Assembly (NCBI GenBank): GCA_050250935.1 | Contig: JBFWNS010000001.1 | Coordinates: 320,001-384,000 of the forward strand | Length of the DNA: 64,000 bases | Direction: 5' to 3' | DNA from: Candidatus Margulisiibacteriota bacterium | Lineage (GTDB): Bacteria; Margulisbacteria; Marinamargulisbacteria; JBFWNS01 | Part shown: piece by piece, positions 19,702 to 29,980 of the stretch | Position numbering within the stretch: position 1 is the first letter of the stretch | Layout of the letters: each line of letters begins with the position of its first letter | Made by a program: the position numbers and the translations under genes | The notes under the pieces: generated by a model | What the model was told of the DNA's origin: nothing | Databases searched by the model: none | The model's input: the letters and a program-made list of their open reading frames with translations, nothing else

Positions 19702-20214
19702 CTAAAGCATCCCCTGGGTTTCGCGAATTTTTTGAACGAGGCTTGTGGTCGAGCAGCCTGGGTGGAAGGGTAAAATCACCACTTTTCCCCCGTAGGCTTT
19801 CACGATGGGGTATTCGGGCAGGGTTTCTTTGACATAGTCCCCGCCTTTGACGTGGATGTCCGGCTTTAAGGCTTCGATTAAGTCCACTGGGGTTTTATCT
19901 TCAAACAGAATCACATGGTCTATCATCGATAACCCCGACAACACAGCGATGCGGTTGTTTTGGGTCATGAGGGGTCGGGTTGGACCTTTGTTTTCTTGGA
20001 CCGAGCGATCGGAATTGATGCCCAGTACCAGAATATGCCCCAACTGTTTGGCCGCATACAAATAGTGAACATGACCGGCATGAATGAGGTCGAAACAGCC
20101 ATTGGTAAACACCACTTTTTGACCGGCTGTTTTATAGGCCTTTCGCTTTTTAAGCAAGGCTTCTAGCCCGATTTCTTTTGAAAACGGGATATCGTCGTAC
20201 GCCGACCTATCCAT
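19702..20214 (-). CDS. hldC: D-glycero-beta-D-manno-heptose 1-phosphate adenylyltransferase (RfaE domain II)
   Basis: VFTNGCFDLIHAGHV, GINSDRSV..KGPTRP, VKGGDY, STTSLV. Confidence 0.95.
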   Translation of the reverse strand: MDRSAYDDIPFSKEIGLEALLKKRKAYKTAGQKVVFTNGCFDLIHAGHVHYLYAAKQLGHILVLGINSDRSVQENKGPTRPLMTQNNRIAVLSGLSMIDHVILFEDKTPVDLIEALKPDIHVKGGDYVKETLPEYPIVKAYGGKVVILPFHPGCSTTSLVQKIRETQGML

Positions 20215-21190
20215 GGGCAATATCGTGCCGAATTTCGTCGAAGGTGGCCGTAGCAGTACCCATTTTGCCCACCACAATTCCAGCAGCATGGTTGGCAATG
20301 GCTGCGGCAACTTCCATGGATTTGCCAGCGGCCAAGGCCACGCTAAAGGTGGCAATGACGGTATCTCCAGCGCCTGTGATGTCGAAGACCTCTTTGGCTT
20401 GGGTGGGGATGTCGATTTTGGTACCGTTTTCCAAGACCAAAGACATGCCTTTTTCGGAACGGGTAATCAGAAGAGCCGGCAAGTTAAGCTTTTTAATCAG
20501 TTTAACGGCTTCGGTGCAAATCTCGTCTTCGTTTTGTGTTTTTTTGCGGATCGCGGTTTCGAATTCCCCAAAATTGGGGGTCAAAATGGTGGCCCCTTTG
20601 TATTTGCTGTAGTCGTCGCCTTTGGGATCGACGATAACGGGAATACCCTGTTTTCGCGCTTTGGTGATGACGGCCCGAATGAGGCCCGGGGACAGGGTTC
20701 CTTTTAAATAATCCGACAAAATAATGGCTTTAACCTGACCCAAAACCCCATCTACTTTTTTGAGAATTTCGGCTTGAACGGTTTTGGGCAATTCCCCCCC
20801 GTCTTCTCGGTCCAAACGAACCACATGTTGATGATGGGCAATGATTCGGGATTTTAAAATGGTGGGCCTTTCAGGGGTTTGAACCAAGGACTGGGTCGGA
20901 ATATGGGCTTTTCCCAGTTCTTTTTTAAGTTTTTCACCGGTGCTATCCGTCCCCAACACCCCCACTAAAATCGGGGTATTGCCCAAGGTTACCACGTTGG
21001 CTGCAACGTTGGCGGCACCCCCAGGAACCAAGGTTGTTTTTAAGACCTTGCAAATCGGCACAGGGGCTTCTGGGGAAATGCGCTTAACCTCGCACCAATG
21101 GTATTCATCGAGCATGATGTCCCCAATGATGAGAATGGATTCGGGCTTGCAGGTGGCCAAGGCATCCAAGAGTTCTAGCGAGCTAATCAT
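20207..21190 (-). CDS. hldA: D-glycero-beta-D-manno-heptose 7-phosphate kinase (RfaE domain I)
   Basis: IGDIMLDEY, RISPEAPVP, GGAANVA, SDYLKG, VDPKG, DITGAGDTV; alternative start at 21199. Confidence 0.95.
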   Translation of the reverse strand: MISSLELLDALATCKPESILIIGDIMLDEYHWCEVKRISPEAPVPICKVLKTTLVPGGAANVAANVVTLGNTPILVGVLGTDSTGEKLKKELGKAHIPTQSLVQTPERPTILKSRIIAHHQHVVRLDREDGGELPKTVQAEILKKVDGVLGQVKAIILSDYLKGTLSPGLIRAVITKARKQGIPVIVDPKGDDYSKYKGATILTPNFGEFETAIRKKTQNEDEICTEAVKLIKKLNLPALLITRSEKGMSLVLENGTKIDIPTQAKEVFDITGAGDTVIATFSVALAAGKSMEVAAAIANHAAGIVVGKMGTATATFDEIRHDIAHG

Positions 21191-21203
21191 GGACGTCATA
21201 GTA

Positions 21204-22676
21204 TCAATAAAAGCGGCGTTTTTGAAACAGGACCAGCGCAGCCATACAAAGCCAGACAATCCAATCCCCCAAGAGGACATAGGGGGTGGTGGGCTGGGCA
21301 GCATAAACGGTGGCAAACAAAATAGCCCGGGTATCGAGTTGGGCCTCTCGCAAAATGCGGCCTCGGGGATGGACCACCACCGAGATTCCCGTATTGGCGG
21401 CTTGGATCAGATAGCGGTTGGTTTCGACAGCCCGAACGACCGACAGTTGTTTGTGTTCATAAGCGGCCGAGGACTCGAAAAACCAGGCATTGTTCACCAA
21501 AACCGCCAAAACATCGGCATGGTCTTTGGCCAGGGTTCGATAAAAATCGGGGTAAATCGACTCCAAACACACCCCAACCCCCAAACGGTAATCGTCCAGA
21601 GGCAGGCAAGCCAAGGTGGTGGCCGGGGAAAAATCTTGGGGCGGCAGTTGGGCTTGGACCCATTGGGGCAGAAGGGGTCTGAAGGGAATGTATTCGCCAA
21701 AGGGCATCAGGCGGTTTTTACGATAGACTTCGGGCAAAACTCCCCGAGAACCGGCAACCGCCACCCCATTATAAAAAACCTGATTGTCCCGAACTGGGGT
21801 GCCAAACACGACCTTGGTGTTCCCGTCACGACAAAGGGTTGTCAGCATGCGTAAAAAATTCGGTTTCTCCAAATTAAAGGAGGGGGTAATGGTTTCTGGC
21901 CAAAACACCCAATTGGGTTTGTTGATGGCCACTTGCTCGGTCAACCGCAAATAGTCGAGGCGAATTTGGGCCCAAAACAAGGGATCGAATTTATCGCTTT
22001 GTGGGTGATTTCCTTGAATAACCGCCACACGAATAGGGTCCGTTTTTAAAACAGGACTCCAAAGCCGATAGCCACCATAGAGCGCCACACAGGCCCACAG
22101 TCCAAAAAGCAAGGTTGCATTAAACCGAATGGTCGTGGTGCCCCAAGGCTTTTTCGGCTGAGGCCATTGTTTAAAAAACCGCATCAGCAGTCGGTAGAGC
22201 AGGACATTGGACAATACACAAACCAGGGTAATCCCATAGACCCCAGCCAAAGAGGCCACCTGCAAGGCCAGCAGATTGGGGGTTTGGGAATAGCCAAGGG
22301 CCCCAGCTGGATTTCCAAAAGGCCCACAGCCTTTTAGCCATTCCAACACCACCCACACCGCCGGAATGCCCACAAGCAACCCCACCCGATGCCGAAGTGC
22401 CCCATAAAGGGCCAATCCTCCCCCATAAAATACACCCAACAAGGCCGCGTAGGCTGCCCAAAGCAGGACCAACCAATACCAAGGCACCCAGGCCCGAAGT
22501 TCGAGAATCCAGAGGTGGAAATAGCCCATAAACAAGGCGCCATACACCCAGCCTTTTTTAAAATATTGCTTGGCCCTGGCCTGCCAAGACAGGTGGGCAC
22601 TGTGCTCGATATCCCACAACAAGGGAATTAAGGCCACAAAAGCCAAAGGCCATACCCCAATTTTGGGAAAGGCCAA
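21204..22676 (-). CDS. lnt: Apolipoprotein N-acyltransferase
   Basis: Multiple TMs, LGYSQ, QGN, WPET, K..LMPFGEYIP, VCLESIYP, RAVE, AANTGIS. Confidence 0.95.
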   Translation of the reverse strand: MAFPKIGVWPLAFVALIPLLWDIEHSAHLSWQARAKQYFKKGWVYGALFMGYFHLWILELRAWVPWYWLVLLWAAYAALLGVFYGGGLALYGALRHRVGLLVGIPAVWVVLEWLKGCGPFGNPAGALGYSQTPNLLALQVASLAGVYGITLVCVLSNVLLYRLLMRFFKQWPQPKKPWGTTTIRFNATLLFGLWACVALYGGYRLWSPVLKTDPIRVAVIQGNHPQSDKFDPLFWAQIRLDYLRLTEQVAINKPNWVFWPETITPSFNLEKPNFLRMLTTLCRDGNTKVVFGTPVRDNQVFYNGVAVAGSRGVLPEVYRKNRLMPFGEYIPFRPLLPQWVQAQLPPQDFSPATTLACLPLDDYRLGVGVCLESIYPDFYRTLAKDHADVLAVLVNNAWFFESSAAYEHKQLSVVRAVETNRYLIQAANTGISVVVHPRGRILREAQLDTRAILFATVYAAQPTTPYVLLGDWIVWLCMAALVLFQKRRFY

Positions 22677-22702
22677 AGCCGTTAAAAAAGCAGAAAATAA
22701 AA

Positions 22703-23449
22703 CTAAAATACCTCGGCCTCCACACTTAAAATATCCGCTTGTGCATCCAGGTCTGTGTCTTGGACATCTTGTTTTAGCCCTGGCCGGGACCTGGCCACCG
22801 CATCGATGGCGTAGTTTTGATCCAACACGTCTTGGAGCACCCCGGTCTGAGAGCCCACAGGCTCGTCATTGCTGCGTTTGGCCGTTGCCACTGTAAAATA
22901 GATTTTGGGCTTGGTATTGGACATGACATCCAAGGGAAAGGTGATGATGATTTTATTGCCCACAATGGTTAGATCCTGTTGCAAGGGATACACGGTGCTG
23001 TATTGTTCGTTTACGGTGGTGGTGGCCTCGAAATTGAGGGCATCGGATTTGAAAAACTGAACGGTGTTGGTCGATCCTAGCAAAACCGCATAATCGGTCC
23101 AAGACGAGAAAAAATTTCGGTAATAGTAGTTGATCCCAATGTTATCGGATGGGGTTTGATGGGAAGCCACTTCCAAATTGCCCACATTAAAGGGAAACCC
23201 AGGGGTTGGAAAATAAGGGTGGGTTTGGGCATCGGGCATTAAAATAGGGTCGGACAATTGGGTGGCGTCTTTGCGGTTAAACACCAAATAGTACCGATAC
23301 AAACTGGGTTGTGGGGTTCCGCGTAGGGTTAGGGTCACCCGCATTCGCAAGACCACATCTTTGGAGCTGGCCACCCGGGCGCAACCGGTGCAGACTGTCA
23401 GTGCCAGGATCAAGGCCATCACCGCGAGGTGTTTGGAGATCGGCGTCAT
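22703..23449 (-). CDS. Putative lipoprotein of unknown function
   Basis: MTPISKHLAVMALILALTVCTG-C lipobox-like signal; beta-rich mature part; starts 1 nt after lptD stop. Confidence 0.7.
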   Translation of the reverse strand: MTPISKHLAVMALILALTVCTGCARVASSKDVVLRMRVTLTLRGTPQPSLYRYYLVFNRKDATQLSDPILMPDAQTHPYFPTPGFPFNVGNLEVASHQTPSDNIGINYYYRNFFSSWTDYAVLLGSTNTVQFFKSDALNFEATTTVNEQYSTVYPLQQDLTIVGNKIIITFPLDVMSNTKPKIYFTVATAKRSNDEPVGSQTGVLQDVLDQNYAIDAVARSRPGLKQDVQDTDLDAQADILSVEAEVF

Positions 23450-23450
23450 G

Positions 23451-25835
23451 CTAGAACCGCTCCTGAGACGATTCGTCCAACACGCCTTCAAGCTTGTAAA
23501 ATTCTTTGCTCTTAACAAAGCCAATGGGGTTTTTGGGAAAAGCATCGATGGTGTATTGAAACCGAAATTCATCATTCGTCTTATTGTAGCTGATGGTGAT
23601 GCGCCTGCAATGCTCATTTTTGGTGAGGCTGTAGGTTTGAAGCTCGTAACGGTGGGTCTCCCAGGTTCGGGTTGGGCCGGTTTGAACGTTGTAAATGAAC
23701 ACCCCTTCCGCTTCCCATTGATAGTCTTGGTCCTGCCCAAACACCCATTTTAGCCTCAGATTACTGTTTTGAATCACCCCTAAATTCAAGTTATTGGCCA
23801 TGTCCACCCGAACCGACATGGACGAAGTTGGGGACACAATAAAAACCGATTGCAGGTTATCCCAAACCCCCGCATACAGATCGCGACCTGTAACGGCGTT
23901 GTATTCCACCACAGGTGTCGGTTTAATCAGGATGCTGGTCGAATATTTTTTCCAGCGATCGATGGCCCAATCGTAGCCAAAGGAATGGCTCCAGCGGTAT
24001 TGCTTTTCGTCTTGATAGCTCAGCGATAGGGTTTGGTTTAATTCGTTGGTTCTGCCCGTTAGTTCTTGGTCGAATTGGTTAAACGGGGTATTGGACTCTG
24101 CGGGGACATTGGCCCAATTGTATTGGGTAGAACTGGACAACCAACCATTTACTTTCCAATCGTATTGGGGGGAAAAATAGAGTTTGTACAAGGCATCGCC
24201 TTCGAACAGGTTTCGTCCCGGGGTCTGAAACACAAATTGGTTGTACCCACCCTGAAGATTAAAGGTGCCGTCCAAAGGCATGCCCGTAAACGTTCGGCTG
24301 GCATTTTGTTTAAAAATATAGGTGTTGGGCGCCAGTCCAAAATCTTCGTTGGGCGGTGCAATTCGGGTTTTTAGCTTGGTATTGTCGTAGCGGTTTTCTT
24401 GGTATCGGGCAATGATGGTGTCGTGGGTTAACTTAAACGAAGCCACATCGGGTTGTTCCAAATGCAGGTTAAATTCCGGTAATTTGTAAAAATAGTCATA
24501 GTCGTTCGAAGTGATGGCCGTTTTTTGGTTTCGGATATCAAAAATACTGCTGAGTTGGATTTGCCAAAAATTCGCTCCTCCCAAGGATTTTCTAAGGGTT
24601 GGGCTCCATTTGACCCATTCGATATCGGGATCGTTGCCGAATCGGTTGTAAAAGCCAACATCATTGGTTAGTGCAAAATCGTCGGGAAGACGATTAACCG
24701 TTCTGAGGGTACTACGTTTGGTGATTTCATTCAGATAGAAGTTTTCGTCTTGGGCAAAGGTAAAGGTGATGATGTCTTGGCCGTTGAAGGTTCTTCGGAC
24801 GTTCAGCCGGCCTTGTTTAAGGTTGGATTGATAGATTTGATTTTCTCGGGTGGATAAATCGTAGCGGTCCCCCAAATTGTCATAGGCGTAGATGAGGGAT
24901 TTTTGTTCTTCTCTTTGGCGACCCGAACTGTTTAAGCGCTCGGCATCCACACTGCTGTAGTTGACGCTGACCCGGCTTTCTGGCGACAGGGTAAAGCCTT
25001 GGTCAATGCTGCGTTTTTCGTTCAAACGACCGGTATCGGCCTCTTCCAAACGATAATAATAGACAGAGCCTGGCTGGCCTTCGATGTCATAGGCATGTCG
25101 AACACCCATCCCAATGCCTTTGTTTTGATAATAGTCTCCATAAACCGTGGTTTCCTTGCCATCGTCGTGTATATAGTCCACCGCATTTTGAACAAACCAT
25201 CCCCAACCAGGGGTTTCTTTTCGGCCAATCACTGGCATATTCCAAATGATTTTCCGCTTCCCCAATTCATAAAAATACACGGGGGTAAAAAACCCAAACG
25301 GAATAAAAAAAATGGGGGTATACACAAAGGTTCCATACCCTATCAGACGCTTTTCGGGCTGATATTCAAACTGAGCCGACCAAATAAAATAGTGGGGATC
25401 GGCCAGGGTACAACTGGTCATAAACCCCCCGTGACCATATTTAATCCCATTCTGACTGACAAAATCGTCGGCATAAAACTGCATAATCTTGGCACTGTCT
25501 GGGGATTTCATGGCAAAATGAAGCTTTTTTAAGGTTAGGGTATCGTCGTCCAAATCGAGCTTTACCGCGTCGGCTGTCATTTGTTCGGCCCCTTGCTCGA
25601 TGCGAATGTTGGCCGTTCCCGAAACGACATTTGCACTGGTGTCATACACCAACTTGTCGGCTTTAATGCTGCCCCCAGCGTGGGTTAAGACCACATTCGA
25701 TGTGGCCACGATGGTGTTGGTGGCTTCGTTGCTGACCAGCCCATCAGCCTTGATGGTGACCGTTTCTTGGGCCGCTACCGGCAGCCCGAACACAATGGCA
25801 GCGATCAGTCCGACTGCCCAACCCCTTTGTTTCAT
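23451..25835 (-). CDS. lptD: LPS-assembly protein LptD-like
   Basis: Signal peptide, OstA-like jellyroll (IKADKLVYD), FMTSC..DPHY motif, large aromatic-rich beta-barrel. Confidence 0.8.
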   Translation of the reverse strand: MKQRGWAVGLIAAIVFGLPVAAQETVTIKADGLVSNEATNTIVATSNVVLTHAGGSIKADKLVYDTSANVVSGTANIRIEQGAEQMTADAVKLDLDDDTLTLKKLHFAMKSPDSAKIMQFYADDFVSQNGIKYGHGGFMTSCTLADPHYFIWSAQFEYQPEKRLIGYGTFVYTPIFFIPFGFFTPVYFYELGKRKIIWNMPVIGRKETPGWGWFVQNAVDYIHDDGKETTVYGDYYQNKGIGMGVRHAYDIEGQPGSVYYYRLEEADTGRLNEKRSIDQGFTLSPESRVSVNYSSVDAERLNSSGRQREEQKSLIYAYDNLGDRYDLSTRENQIYQSNLKQGRLNVRRTFNGQDIITFTFAQDENFYLNEITKRSTLRTVNRLPDDFALTNDVGFYNRFGNDPDIEWVKWSPTLRKSLGGANFWQIQLSSIFDIRNQKTAITSNDYDYFYKLPEFNLHLEQPDVASFKLTHDTIIARYQENRYDNTKLKTRIAPPNEDFGLAPNTYIFKQNASRTFTGMPLDGTFNLQGGYNQFVFQTPGRNLFEGDALYKLYFSPQYDWKVNGWLSSSTQYNWANVPAESNTPFNQFDQELTGRTNELNQTLSLSYQDEKQYRWSHSFGYDWAIDRWKKYSTSILIKPTPVVEYNAVTGRDLYAGVWDNLQSVFIVSPTSSMSVRVDMANNLNLGVIQNSNLRLKWVFGQDQDYQWEAEGVFIYNVQTGPTRTWETHRYELQTYSLTKNEHCRRITISYNKTNDEFRFQYTIDAFPKNPIGFVKSKEFYKLEGVLDESSQERF

Positions 25836-28244
25836 TTACTTCTCGACCAGGGCTTCTAGGGCTTCAAACAAGGGGGCTGGCAAGGGGGTTTCTTGAACCC
25901 AAAACCACCGATCCAAATCGACATCGGCACTTAAATAGGCCACCCTCTGGGTCAGCAAATGCCGCAACACGCCTTGCTGTTGGCACATAAACCAATGGGT
26001 GTAGGCCGTTCTACACATGCGTTTTTGGATGTACAAATCCCCCATCAAGACCTGACAAAGCAAATGGTGGGGGTTAATGGCCAACACGTGTTGCAAATGG
26101 GTTAAGGCTTCGTCCACCAGATTCTTTTTACAAGCAAACACCGCTTTCAAAAAATGGGTATGATCCATCTTGGCATCCAATCCCCCAGCTTCGGATAGCG
26201 CTTCATAGGCCTTGTCGGTTTTTCCCATTCCCAAATACATCAGGGCCCGATTGGCCTTGGCCACATAAAAATCGGGGTCCAATTGCAAAGCCAACTGAAA
26301 CTCGTCCAAGGCGGCCGCCCATTGGTGTTTCAGGGCCAGATCCACCCCTTGGTTGTTTTGAACATAGGCGAAGCTGAGTTTTTGGGTATCACCATCTTGA
26401 TTCTGGGTATGACCAAAAACGGCCAGCTGCATGGGTGAAGCTTCGTCTTCTTCCCAACTCCCGAAAGCCAACAACTTGCCCTTGGTTTCGGAGGCCGGCC
26501 TTTTTTTAAAATGATCGTAAATAGGCTGGACACCCAAAAACCGCATGTCGGTCTGCAAAATGGTGTCGAAGCTTTGCAAGGCATCGCTGATACAGCCCAA
26601 TTGTAATTGGGCAACGCCCATCCAATACCGGACCTGATTCTGCTGTTCTTTGCTCGTCATGGCTGACACGCTGCGATTGAACTGTAACAAAGCCAAATCG
26701 CTGCGCCCCGATTCCAAAAAACAACGCCCAATCAACACCTGAGACACCGCATAATCGGCAGCATCTGCCCCGATTTTTTGGAAGGCTTCGATGGCGGACT
26801 GCCATTTGCCCAAATCCATCCAAGCCAGCCCTTGGTTCAATAAGGTATTTTCGCCATCGATTTGGGCTGCCACAACGGCCTGTCGTTGCTTTTGGAAAAA
26901 CGTCTGAAGCGCATCGTGTAGTTTCCACTGCAAGGGATGGTGAACCAAGGCCTGAAGCAAACAGGCATAGCCCGAGGCCAAAGAGTCGGTTCGGCGGATC
27001 AGCTCGGCTTCGACGATCCAGGCATCGGTATTCAATTCGGTGTATTTTAAGCGCTCGCAAGTCGCCTTGGCTTTGTCCGAAAGACCAAAGGCCACATACA
27101 CCTTGGCCAACACCAAGATCAATCGGTCTGTCCATTCTGGGGACAACTGGGTCAAGGTTTGAATCAAGGCTTCGAGTCGCGCTTCTTGACCCGGAACGGG
27201 TGGTGTTTCTGATTCATTTTGAAGCAAGGCATCGGCCCAACGTTGCACCATTAAAATGGCTCTTGAAGGGCTTTGGATATAGATAAAACTGTTCATCAAC
27301 AACTCGGCTGCGGCCACTTGCCAAGGCACCTCTGCAATGACACTTTCCAACACCGGAATAAAGGTTTCGCATAAATCGGGCATGGCCTCGTAAACCCGGG
27401 TCAGACAATCCACCCCTTCTGCATATTGCCCGGCCTGAACCAAGAGCCGTCCCAATGCAGACAGCACCTCGATATTGTCCGGGTACAACCCCAAACTGTC
27501 TTTGCAAATTTTAATGTGGGTTTCCACTTCCCCAGGCTCGAGGGCCGCCAGAGCCACCAAATGCAGGGCCGATTTTTCGGGGCTGAACGACTTCATATGC
27601 AGGGACACCAGCAAGTGGTGAATAAAAATAGACTCGGGCATCAGGGAGCTTAACCGTTCACAACGGCGGGCGATGTTGCCTACCGTAGCTGGCGATAGCT
27701 GGGCAACCCCTTCGTACAAGCGCGCCGCATCCTCGTAGCGTCCGGCCCGGGTATACAGTTCGGCCAAGGTATAGTGATAGTGCAAAATGTCCGGCTGAAC
27801 CTCGATGAGGCGTTGATAAAACGCAATACTTTTGTCGATGGCCTGCTCTTCCAAATAAAGCTTGGGCAGTAAATCGATAATGGCAGAATCAAAAATATCT
27901 TGCTCGAAGGCTTGTTCAAAAATGCGTTTAATGTGCCGGTTGTTTCTGGCCTTGGCATAAATTTTGCCCAATAACGCATAGGTCTGGGTACAGGTTGGGT
28001 CCTGCTCCACAATGTCGGTTAACTCGTCCAAGGCTTCGTTATAGGCCTTGGCAGACACCAATACCTCGGCCACCAAGAGTCGAAGGTTTAGGGCCTCTTT
28101 TCGGGCCAAGCGTTTGTACAGGGGAATCAGAACATCGGCCAACCATGCGGGTTCTTCGGCCAACAACAACTTGAACTTTTCAAGGGCATCCACCAACAAC
28201 CCTTTTCGAACCAACAAAAACCCTTGCCGGTACAAATGGCTCAT
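25836..28244 (-). CDS. Tetratricopeptide repeat protein (802 aa)
   Basis: Many TPR-like helix pairs (LGKIY, LAELY..GRYEDA, QGV.LA...AAL.EFQ.AL.LDP); no signal peptide. Confidence 0.85.
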   Translation of the reverse strand: MSHLYRQGFLLVRKGLLVDALEKFKLLLAEEPAWLADVLIPLYKRLARKEALNLRLLVAEVLVSAKAYNEALDELTDIVEQDPTCTQTYALLGKIYAKARNNRHIKRIFEQAFEQDIFDSAIIDLLPKLYLEEQAIDKSIAFYQRLIEVQPDILHYHYTLAELYTRAGRYEDAARLYEGVAQLSPATVGNIARRCERLSSLMPESIFIHHLLVSLHMKSFSPEKSALHLVALAALEPGEVETHIKICKDSLGLYPDNIEVLSALGRLLVQAGQYAEGVDCLTRVYEAMPDLCETFIPVLESVIAEVPWQVAAAELLMNSFIYIQSPSRAILMVQRWADALLQNESETPPVPGQEARLEALIQTLTQLSPEWTDRLILVLAKVYVAFGLSDKAKATCERLKYTELNTDAWIVEAELIRRTDSLASGYACLLQALVHHPLQWKLHDALQTFFQKQRQAVVAAQIDGENTLLNQGLAWMDLGKWQSAIEAFQKIGADAADYAVSQVLIGRCFLESGRSDLALLQFNRSVSAMTSKEQQNQVRYWMGVAQLQLGCISDALQSFDTILQTDMRFLGVQPIYDHFKKRPASETKGKLLAFGSWEEDEASPMQLAVFGHTQNQDGDTQKLSFAYVQNNQGVDLALKHQWAAALDEFQLALQLDPDFYVAKANRALMYLGMGKTDKAYEALSEAGGLDAKMDHTHFLKAVFACKKNLVDEALTHLQHVLAINPHHLLCQVLMGDLYIQKRMCRTAYTHWFMCQQQGVLRHLLTQRVAYLSADVDLDRWFWVQETPLPAPLFEALEALVEK

Positions 28245-29359
28245 TTACGCCATCCTTGATAGACCAGAACCCCAGACGCAGCCCCCAAATAGACAAGATT
28301 GGGCATCCAAACCGCCAACCAGGGCGAGAGAGCCCCTTCTTTTCCCCAAGCCCGAAACAAGGCCACCATAAAAAAATAAAATCCAACCGTTAAAACCGCC
28401 AAACAAATGGCAATCACAACCCCCCACAAATCTTTGGTCGATTTTACAAACACCATGCAAAACGCCACCCCCACCACCCCAAACACAAAACAGGCCAGGG
28501 GGATACTCCATTTCATTTGGTACTCGACTTGAAGGTCTTTGGGATTAATGCCGCCGTCTTTGAAGGTTTTAATTTTCGCCTTCAGTTCTTGGGTATTCAT
28601 TTGGGAGGGGACTTTGTCGGTATTTAAAAAGGCCCCCAGGGGTTGATCCACATGGATGGTCATGGTGTCGAAGGTGCTGGCATATTGCAAATCGCCGGTG
28701 TCTTCGATGTCGTAAATGCGACCCCCTTTGAGGGTCCAAGACAGGTTTTTCCAGGTGGCCGTTTTGGCCGTTAAAATTCGGGGGAAGGCTGTTCCGGGTT
28801 CAAACACCAAAATGTCTTGCATTATGGCCGTACCAGGCTGCACATATTTGACATAGAAATAGCGATTGTCGCCATCTTTGAAAACCACATTTTCAATGAT
28901 GCTTGGCGGCGGCTTTTTTTCAATTTGCTGGCGCATGATGGTGTCAAACCCCAAATTGGCCCAGGGCACCACCCGTTCGTTAATCCAAAACGACAACAGT
29001 GTTGTGCCAAACGTCACCACCAATAGGGGCAGAAACAGGCGCCAAAGCGGCACACCCGAACTGCGCAACACGGTAATTTCGTTGTCTTTGGCCATGCGTA
29101 CCAACAGGAGCATGACCGAAAACAAGACGGCCATCGGAAAAAAAATGACCGTAACCCCTGGCAGCTTGTAAAGCAACATCTGCACGATGGTGCCCACAGC
29201 CACGTGGGAAAGAACACTTAACTCTACCAAATAAAACAACACGTCCACCACACCAATAATAGCGAATCCGGCCACTCCCAAAACGAAGGGGCCCAAGAAT
29301 TCGCTGATGATGTATCGATCTAGAACAGATAAAACAGCGGCATTGATCCTATAGGTCAT
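28241..29359 (-). CDS. LptF/LptG (YjgP/YjgQ) family permease
   Basis: LDRYIISEFLGPF, RMAKDNEITVLRSSGV, periplasmic jellyroll, C-terminal P.LAVWMPN. Confidence 0.93.
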   Translation of the reverse strand: MTYRINAAVLSVLDRYIISEFLGPFVLGVAGFAIIGVVDVLFYLVELSVLSHVAVGTIVQMLLYKLPGVTVIFFPMAVLFSVMLLLVRMAKDNEITVLRSSGVPLWRLFLPLLVVTFGTTLLSFWINERVVPWANLGFDTIMRQQIEKKPPPSIIENVVFKDGDNRYFYVKYVQPGTAIMQDILVFEPGTAFPRILTAKTATWKNLSWTLKGGRIYDIEDTGDLQYASTFDTMTIHVDQPLGAFLNTDKVPSQMNTQELKAKIKTFKDGGINPKDLQVEYQMKWSIPLACFVFGVVGVAFCMVFVKSTKDLWGVVIAICLAVLTVGFYFFMVALFRAWGKEGALSPWLAVWMPNLVYLGAASGVLVYQGWRK

Positions 29360-29546
29360 CCGCTTGTTGCTGGATTCGGGTCCGGCGTTTGGCTGCTTTT
29401 GCCTTGCGCTTTTTCAAGTCGGAAGGTTTTTCATAAAACTCACGTTTGCGAAGCTCTTGCAAAATCCCCTCGTTTTTAATTTTACGCTTGAACTTTCGAA
29501 GTACCGAATCGATAGACTCTCCGGGTTTCTTTTCTTGAACTGCCAT
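29349..29546 (-). CDS. rpsU: 30S ribosomal protein bS21
   Basis: ESIDSVLRKFKRK...GILQELRKREFYEKPS; SD GGAGG. Confidence 0.96.
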   Translation of the reverse strand: MAVQEKKPGESIDSVLRKFKRKIKNEGILQELRKREFYEKPSDLKKRKAKAAKRRTRIQQQADDL

Positions 29547-29583
29547 AAACAACCTCCTAAAAAATCATAAGAAAACAGCGGCC

Positions 29584-29925
29584 CTATCCGGGCGGCCAGG
29601 TCAAAGAACGTCGTCCCAAAACATGAAAATGGACATGGTCTACAGTCTGCCCGCCATCAGGTCCGGTGTTGGTTACAACCCGAAACCCAGACTCGGCAAC
29701 ACCCGTTTGTCGGGCCACAGTTTGAATGGCCTGCATCAGGTCGCCGAACAGTGTAGCATCATTTTGACCAAAGTCTAACAGGGAGGCCCTGTGTTGTTTG
29801 GGAATCACAAGAACGTGGACGGGGGCTTGGGGGTTCACATCTTCGAAAGCAAGGATGGAGTCTGTTTCCAAAACGACCTTAGCAGGAATGGTTTTGGATG
29901 CAATTTGGCAAAAAATACAACTCAA
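29584..29925 (-). CDS. hinT: HIT family nucleotide-binding protein
   Basis: CIFC, PQAPVHVLVIPK, GQTVDHVHFHVLG, WPPG. Confidence 0.95.
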   Translation of the reverse strand: MSCIFCQIASKTIPAKVVLETDSILAFEDVNPQAPVHVLVIPKQHRASLLDFGQNDATLFGDLMQAIQTVARQTGVAESGFRVVTNTGPDGGQTVDHVHFHVLGRRSLTWPPG

Positions 29926-29980
29926 GTTTCACCTCCGGGTGCTAACCTCATTGCCAGATATCACAAGCAGATCGATGTGG

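Noticed and set aside
20940..21854. 304-aa + strand ORF (similar long ORFs at 42748-43599, 52508-53284, 26506-27135)
   Set aside because: Antisense or alternate-frame shadows of well-supported genes (hldA/lnt, emrA/tolC, tsf, TPR); no recognisable motifs.
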